The notes under the pieces were generated by a model that saw nothing but the letters and a program-made list of their open reading frames with translations, was not told the DNA's origin and made no database searches. Below are positions 58,998 to 64,000 of a stretch of 64,000 nt of DNA, in pieces. This DNA is from Escherichia phage vB_EcoM_PD205, in sequence record ON922919; one strand, 5' to 3'. The stretch's first letter is position 1, and each line of letters begins with the position of its first letter. The translations under genes and the position numbers were made by a program.

Positions 58998-59504
58998 TTA
59001 TTTACTGCTTCTTGCAGCTATTGGTTTGTTTTCCTGGTTCTGATACTTGCCATTGTAATTAGCAGGTTCCTGAACCAGATGAAATAATACTTGAGCTATC
59101 CCAGAACCAGCCGGGATATGCAATTTCTTACGACCATGATAAACCAGTTCAAGAGTCAAATACCCTTTCCATCCTGGTTCTATTACGGTATTGAATACAG
59201 ATAATGCACGTCTTGCCCATGTAGACTTATCGTGAACGATAGCTACACAGGATGGGGACATGTTGAACTTCTCAATTGCTGAAGCCAATGTGAATTTACC
59301 GAGATGGCGTGATACTTTGTTTCCATCAACGACCTTCACTATTGGAATCAACCCAAATAAGCGATAGAAGGTGATATCTTGTTTGATACGAATATCGTAA
59401 CCGGCTTCGCCCAATCCATAGCTTACACCATGCTCGGATATCTTACGGTCTGGGACATCCAGCAACTGAGATGAACGATATAGAGAATTACCGTTAACAA
59501 CCAT
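58998..59504 (-). CDS. dCTP deaminase/dUTPase-superfamily protein
   Basis: 168 aa; VIEPGWKGYLTLELV matches the family D-P-G-x-x-G-x-x-T-L-E-L signature. Confidence 0.5.
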   Translation of the reverse strand: MVVNGNSLYRSSQLLDVPDRKISEHGVSYGLGEAGYDIRIKQDITFYRLFGLIPIVKVVDGNKVSRHLGKFTLASAIEKFNMSPSCVAIVHDKSTWARRALSVFNTVIEPGWKGYLTLELVYHGRKKLHIPAGSGIAQVLFHLVQEPANYNGKYQNQENKPIAARSSK

Positions 59505-60679
59505 TATTTCATTCCTTTAGGGATATGAACTACCTCCCCAAAAGGTATGGTAGCATTAGGATTATTCAGAACACACCAGATGATAGGGATATCAAATGGC
59601 AATTCTTCCATTGGACGAACATACATATCGGAGAATATGATTGCAGCGGTTGGCTTATTTTTAATAATCCATTCGCGTACTGGTTCCAGGTTTGTACCAC
59701 CACGACCAGTAATCTTAATCTCTTCGAATGTATCTTCTTCAGTGATGTCTATCTCTTCTTGAATAACATCGTCGAAGGTAATTAGTGACATCTTCCTAGG
59801 ATTGAACTGGCTCTTAACGTAGGCAACCTCTGAGTTAAAACGCAGAGAGTCAGCACTACTAATAGAACCAGATACATCCTCAAAGTAGGCTAAGTGCCGT
59901 AAGCGTCCTTCATCATCTTCCAGTGATGGTAGATAGATATCAGTGTAACGACGGTTAGGTCTGGCCCACGTATAGTGTGTGTCATCAATGTCGGTAAAGA
60001 AGTTCATCAGAACTTCCTGCCATGGAACCACTGGTTTAAGGAATTGGGTAATAACCTCTTCTATACGTCCAGCACCTTTACCAGGCATCTGTCCACCAGC
60101 CATCTTCTGGCTCTGCATTGCACGTACTACGTTGTTGACAACAGCACCCTGGGACTGACCCGAAGTGGGGGATTTCATGTCGCCAGCAAGACCTGCTCCA
60201 GCACCCCCCGACGGCTTCTGCCTTTTCTGAGGGTTCTTCATCAGGTCATCGTAGATGTCTTCTTCGACCCAATCCTTATATTGAGGGTCTTTGCAAATGC
60301 CTTTGTCAATACCAGTGAACTTGTAACCATCTTCCTCTAACTGAAGGTTAATGAAGTGGTCACATGCCTGGTTCCAAACTTCCGGGTCACGGCTTCCACG
60401 ACGGATGTCATGTAGATATGCTACATGCCAGAGTTCGTGCATTAATACTGTTTCTCTTGCATCTGGACACATCCAGATAAAGAAATCAGGATTGAAATGG
60501 AGTTCTATCCCATCAGTACATGCAGTGGGACAATCTTCACGTTTCCATGAGAATTTAAGACTACACAGTAATGAACCAAAGAAGGCTGCGCTGCGTCCGA
60601 GAAACGCCTGCGCCTGAATACGGTCATACTCACGCATGAGTTGTTCATCACTAAGTGTGTGCTGAGGAAATTGGTTCAT
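59504..60679 (-). CDS. vWA-like protein with HExxH metallopeptidase-like motif (partner of AAA+ ATPase)
   Basis: 391 aa; HELWHVAYLH motif; translationally coupled downstream of MoxR-like ATPase. Confidence 0.45.
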   Translation of the reverse strand: MNQFPQHTLSDEQLMREYDRIQAQAFLGRSAAFFGSLLCSLKFSWKREDCPTACTDGIELHFNPDFFIWMCPDARETVLMHELWHVAYLHDIRRGSRDPEVWNQACDHFINLQLEEDGYKFTGIDKGICKDPQYKDWVEEDIYDDLMKNPQKRQKPSGGAGAGLAGDMKSPTSGQSQGAVVNNVVRAMQSQKMAGGQMPGKGAGRIEEVITQFLKPVVPWQEVLMNFFTDIDDTHYTWARPNRRYTDIYLPSLEDDEGRLRHLAYFEDVSGSISSADSLRFNSEVAYVKSQFNPRKMSLITFDDVIQEEIDITEEDTFEEIKITGRGGTNLEPVREWIIKNKPTAAIIFSDMYVRPMEELPFDIPIIWCVLNNPNATIPFGEVVHIPKGMK

Positions 60680-60686
60680 GTTGTGA

Positions 60687-61739
60687 TTATCCGTGAATAT
60701 AGCGAGAGATATTAGCAGCAGCCTTACGCCATTCAGGGGTAGCCTGAAGTTCTGGTAATGCTCTGCCTACTGTACGGAAGTACAGAATCTTATGGGTGAA
60801 CGTTTTAAAGCGTTCGATGTACTGAAGAACATCAACAAAGTTCTCTTCAGTAGTTTTGTTAGCCAGATGGTTAACGGTAGCCCAGCACAGGTTGTTATCT
60901 TCTGGTAGTGCACAGCCAAGTGGGTCTTTTACTACCTTCTCAATCGTAATGATACGATTATATACCTGGGTGAACTGAACAAATTCTGTAGCTTTACCAG
61001 CAGTAACGTGTCCTGCGTAGTAAAGAGAATCTTCATCAGGCAGAGCACCTTCTGGTAAGTTCTTGAGGTCTTTATTAACAAAGTCCCAAGTACGAGGACA
61101 ACAGAACGTTTTGTTCTTATGTGCTGGATCGAAGTCATGCAGATAACCTGGATTAGCATGTAAGAATGCAACCAGACGTTCATCCCATTGCTGAGGAATC
61201 ATTACGTCTTCAACAAAGATGTCGAAGTTAAGTTCCATTTCAAAGTGAACCACACGAGACTGCATTGCAGTACCCAGTGGGTTAACAATGGCACGGTCAG
61301 TGGCTTTGTTACCAGCACAGACAATCATCACATTAGGATGAAGTTTTTTCTGACCAGTCATGCGGTCGAGAATCAGTTTGTATGCAGCAGCTACTACCTC
61401 TTTCTTAGCTGAGTTGAACTCATCAAGGAACAGGAGCCAGCCGTTATAACCCTTTGGTACTTCATCCCCTTCAATAGGGAATAAGTCAGCGAATGGAATA
61501 AACTCTGCATGGTCACCATTACGGAATGGTAAACCAGACAGGTCTTCCGGAGCAGAAGTAGACAGACGATGGTCTATCAGCTTCATACCAAATTCTTCTG
61601 CAATAGAACGAATGATTGCAGATTTACCCATACCTGGGGATGAAGTCAGGAACGGTACGTTACCTGCTTTCAGGGCACGGATAATAAAGTTACGAGCTTG
61701 ACGTGAATTACATACAGTCAAGGAGTCAATGCTTGCCAT
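60687..61739 (-). CDS. MoxR-like AAA+ ATPase
   Basis: 350 aa; Walker A SSPGMGKSAI, Walker B LLFLDEFN. Confidence 0.6.
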   Translation of the reverse strand: MASIDSLTVCNSRQARNFIIRALKAGNVPFLTSSPGMGKSAIIRSIAEEFGMKLIDHRLSTSAPEDLSGLPFRNGDHAEFIPFADLFPIEGDEVPKGYNGWLLFLDEFNSAKKEVVAAAYKLILDRMTGQKKLHPNVMIVCAGNKATDRAIVNPLGTAMQSRVVHFEMELNFDIFVEDVMIPQQWDERLVAFLHANPGYLHDFDPAHKNKTFCCPRTWDFVNKDLKNLPEGALPDEDSLYYAGHVTAGKATEFVQFTQVYNRIITIEKVVKDPLGCALPEDNNLCWATVNHLANKTTEENFVDVLQYIERFKTFTHKILYFRTVGRALPELQATPEWRKAAANISRYIHG

Positions 61740-61773
61740 TTACTTACTCTCCTAAAGCTAATGGAATTACTGA

Positions 61774-62103
61774 TTAAGATTTAGTGCAGGGATATGCCTT
61801 GTGTACTGAGTACACAACAATTTGAGATGTATTCTTCATCTTGAGGATTGCAGAATCATAAATAACTACTTTGGCAATCTTAGGCAGAATGACTGAATAC
61901 TTAATACCTTCGGGAACACAGTTATTTGTACTCTCGATGTAAGAGATCATACTGCCCATGAAGAATCCTTGTCCGAACTCATCACGAGTGTCATCCAGGT
62001 AAGCTTGAGCACCTTCCAGAATTGGTTCTGGTTCAATTGCTTGTGCATTTGGAACCAAAACTATCAGTGCAGCTACTGCAATACCTTTAAGTAGAGTTTT
62101 CAT
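61774..62103 (-). CDS. small secreted/periplasmic protein
   Basis: 109 aa; signal peptide MKTLLKGIAVAALIVLVPNAQA; two Cys in mature part. Confidence 0.45.
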   Translation of the reverse strand: MKTLLKGIAVAALIVLVPNAQAIEPEPILEGAQAYLDDTRDEFGQGFFMGSMISYIESTNNCVPEGIKYSVILPKIAKVVIYDSAILKMKNTSQIVVYSVHKAYPCTKS

Positions 62104-62289
62104 TTAGTTACCTTTCATTTCGTTGAGTTGAAGTACACCGATAGGGGTTAATGACCACCCAAGACCAGTATTGAACTGTATTAAGCCCAGCTTCTTAAGA
62201 GACTGTGCTGTTTTGTTGTTACGGTTGCTGGTGGCAGAACCACCTTGAACCATACGAAGGAAGATTGCTTGGGACTGGGTAAGTTTCAT
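62104..62289 (-). CDS. hypothetical protein
   Basis: 61-aa ORF. Confidence 0.3.
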   Translation of the reverse strand: MKLTQSQAIFLRMVQGGSATSNRNNKTAQSLKKLGLIQFNTGLGWSLTPIGVLQLNEMKGN

Positions 62290-62474
62290 TTCTTCTCCGG
62301 TACGAACTGCATTACACAGTTTTGATTACGAGGGATATTAAGTTCACATTCATGCTTGAGGGTTTGTGTTACAGAGTTTGGAGCAGAACCAAAGTAGTTA
62401 TTAGAAATAGCTACAAATCCTGCACCTATTAAACCACCCAGTAAGAATGAGAAAAATGCAATCTCTTTATACAT
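62286..62474 (-). CDS. small membrane protein
   Basis: 62 aa; N-terminal TM helix IAFFSFLLGGLIGAGFVAI. Confidence 0.35.
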   Translation of the reverse strand: MYKEIAFFSFLLGGLIGAGFVAISNNYFGSAPNSVTQTLKHECELNIPRNQNCVMQFVPEKK

Positions 62475-62499
62475 TTCTTGGCTCCAGGATGTTTAAGTC

Positions 62500-62530
62500 A
62501 AAAAAAGACCTCCCTTCGATGGGGAGGTCA
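62500..62530 (-). terminator. intrinsic terminator
   Basis: GACCTCCC...GGGAGGTC hairpin preceded on + strand by AAAAAAA. Confidence 0.7.
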
Positions 62531-62581
62531 AAGTCTTGAGGGTTTCATTTCAGGGTTTATAACCCCAAACAAAGAATACCC

Positions 62582-63415
62582 TTATTCTGCAACAGTAACA
62601 GGGATGGTCACATCGACCGTACCATTGGTAACTACTACAGAAGTAGCATCACCAGCAGTCACTGGTTTAACCGTCAGTACGTTACCAGTAATGGTAGCTG
62701 TAGCACGCCCAGAATCTGGGGCTGTCTTAATAGATAAAGTACCAGCAGAAGAACCAACGGGCATAGCAGCAATTGTTACGGACTTACCATTAGTAGTATC
62801 GGCAGCAACAGATAGAGACAGTGAAGCAGGAGTAGCTACTAGTGAGCTTGCTTCATAGTAACCTACAGCCAGCAGCGACGTATCTTCTACCGTGGTTCCA
62901 TTAGCGTCAGTAACAATCACTTTATAAGTACCAGCAGAAGCAGCTGTTACATCATTAAGAGTCAATGATGCAGTAGCAGCGGATGGGTTAGTACTGGAGC
63001 TAATATCAGCGAATGCTGCACCAGCGGTATCAGCTTTGAATTGCCATTTATAAGTAAATGGTGCTTTACCGCCTGCTACATCAACATGCCAGTTAATATC
63101 TTCACCTTCGATAGCAGAGACTACACGAGGCAGTTTGGTAGCAATGGTCAATCGTGGAGTAGCCTTCATATCAATAGAGATAGACTGCATATCCACGATG
63201 TTATTAGGCCAGAATCCTTCTTCAGCAGGATTTTTAGCAGAGCGTTTATACAGCAGATCACGAACACCGTGATAGATAACTAAGCTATCAGGGTAAGTGG
63301 CATCTGGGTGCTCAAAGGTTCCTACTTCTACGGAACCACCTGGAATAGAACCACTGGCATCCAGTACAGTTGCAACATTAGTGGTTTTGTTAAAACCTAC
63401 TTTCAAAGTTGGCAT
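62582..63415 (-). CDS. Ig-like domain protein
   Basis: about 278 aa from Met at 63415 (RBS GAGGA); Ig-like repeats with patterns such as GTYKVIVTDANGT and TVKPVTAGDATSVVVTNG. Confidence 0.5.
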   Translation of the reverse strand: MPTLKVGFNKTTNVATVLDASGSIPGGSVEVGTFEHPDATYPDSLVIYHGVRDLLYKRSAKNPAEEGFWPNNIVDMQSISIDMKATPRLTIATKLPRVVSAIEGEDINWHVDVAGGKAPFTYKWQFKADTAGAAFADISSSTNPSAATASLTLNDVTAASAGTYKVIVTDANGTTVEDTSLLAVGYYEASSLVATPASLSLSVAADTTNGKSVTIAAMPVGSSAGTLSIKTAPDSGRATATITGNVLTVKPVTAGDATSVVVTNGTVDVTIPVTVAE

Positions 63416-63461
63416 ATCAATTTCCTCATAAGTAAATAGCAGGATTAGTATACATGACATG

Positions 63462-63491
63462 TAAAAAAATAAACCCTCCGTTAAGAGGGTT
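63462..63491 (-). terminator. intrinsic terminator
   Basis: AACCCTC-CGTTAA-GAGGGTT hairpin preceded on + strand by AAAAAAA. Confidence 0.6.
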
Positions 63492-63705
63492 AGTTGTTTA
63501 CACAGTAGATAGCAAAAGCTATCCATCCTGCCATTACAAAGCAGCCTAGTGAGTATGCTCCATAGTAGTAATAAGCAAACTTAGATTTGTGGGCATGAAC
63601 TATTGTAGACAGAACCAGTACAGATAAAACTATCAGTATTAGCTGAGAGATTACTTCAAAAGGGATTAGCATAGTTATTACCTCCAAGCAAAAAATATGC
63701 CTCAC
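63490..63705 (-). CDS. small membrane protein
   Basis: 71 aa; two hydrophobic helices. Confidence 0.35.
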   Translation of the reverse strand: MRHIFCLEVITMLIPFEVISQLILIVLSVLVLSTIVHAHKSKFAYYYYGAYSLGCFVMAGWIAFAIYCVNN

Positions 63706-63729
63706 TCCCGAAGGAATGAGGCTAGTTTA

Positions 63730-63996
63730 TTAACTTAATGCATAATCTGTTTCAAGGATGTCTTGCCACAGGCTGTCATCCAGCTTACCAGCAGAGAACT
63801 CTTGCCCCAGTACTTGTGACAGAATGAAGCCCAGCAAGTCACTCTTGGCAATGTCAGATAGAATCTGATTGTACTGACGACGCAGGTCATTACCGTAGTT
63901 AGGATGGCAACGGAAGCAGTCATGTACAGTCATTACAGGGAAAGGTTTCTTAGGCATAGTATTGAGCATAGCCAGGATTACATCTGTATCTACCAA
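63730..63996 (-). CDS. hypothetical protein
   Basis: 88-aa ORF at window edge. Confidence 0.3.
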   Translation of the reverse strand: MVDTDVILAMLNTMPKKPFPVMTVHDCFRCHPNYGNDLRRQYNQILSDIAKSDLLGFILSQVLGQEFSAGKLDDSLWQDILETDYALS

Positions 63997-64000
63997 TGCA

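Noticed and set aside
1-64000. CRISPR array, integrase/prophage junction, rRNA
   Set aside because: No regularly spaced direct repeats, no recombinase motifs and no rRNA-like sequence were seen; the window looks like a strictly lytic phage genome.

Overview
This window reads as most of an N4-like (Schitoviridae-type) podophage genome. The anchor is a single 3590-aa ORF (24342..35114, +) with T7-like RNA polymerase motifs, i.e. a giant virion RNA polymerase. The + strand block 2448..35114 is the late/structural module: small and large terminase, two large tail proteins, a lysis cassette (holin-like proteins, GH108 SAR-type endolysin, Rz with embedded Rz1), portal, scaffold-like protein, major capsid protein, internal virion proteins and the vRNAP. 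The - strand block 63996..38511 is the early/middle/replication module: MoxR-like AAA+ ATPase with a vWA/HExxH partner, dCTP deaminase-like, possible ThyX, GHKL-ATPase rIIA-like protein, Dda-like helicase, family-A DNA polymerase, Cas4/RecB-like nuclease, primase-like protein, P-loop ATPase, SSB-like and RuvC-like proteins. The most notable observations are: (1) the DNA polymerase gene is split into two separately translated halves by a free-standing HNH endonuclease gene; (2) a tandem array of at least four paralogous small genes at the left end; (3) a ~2.5 kb protein-free region (35928..38510) with tRNA-like elements and long hairpins; (4) an Ig-like-domain protein, a secreted small protein and a superinfection-immunity-like membrane protein among the early genes. 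No CRISPR array, integrase or rRNA was seen. All functional calls come from motifs read by eye plus gene order and size; no database search was run.
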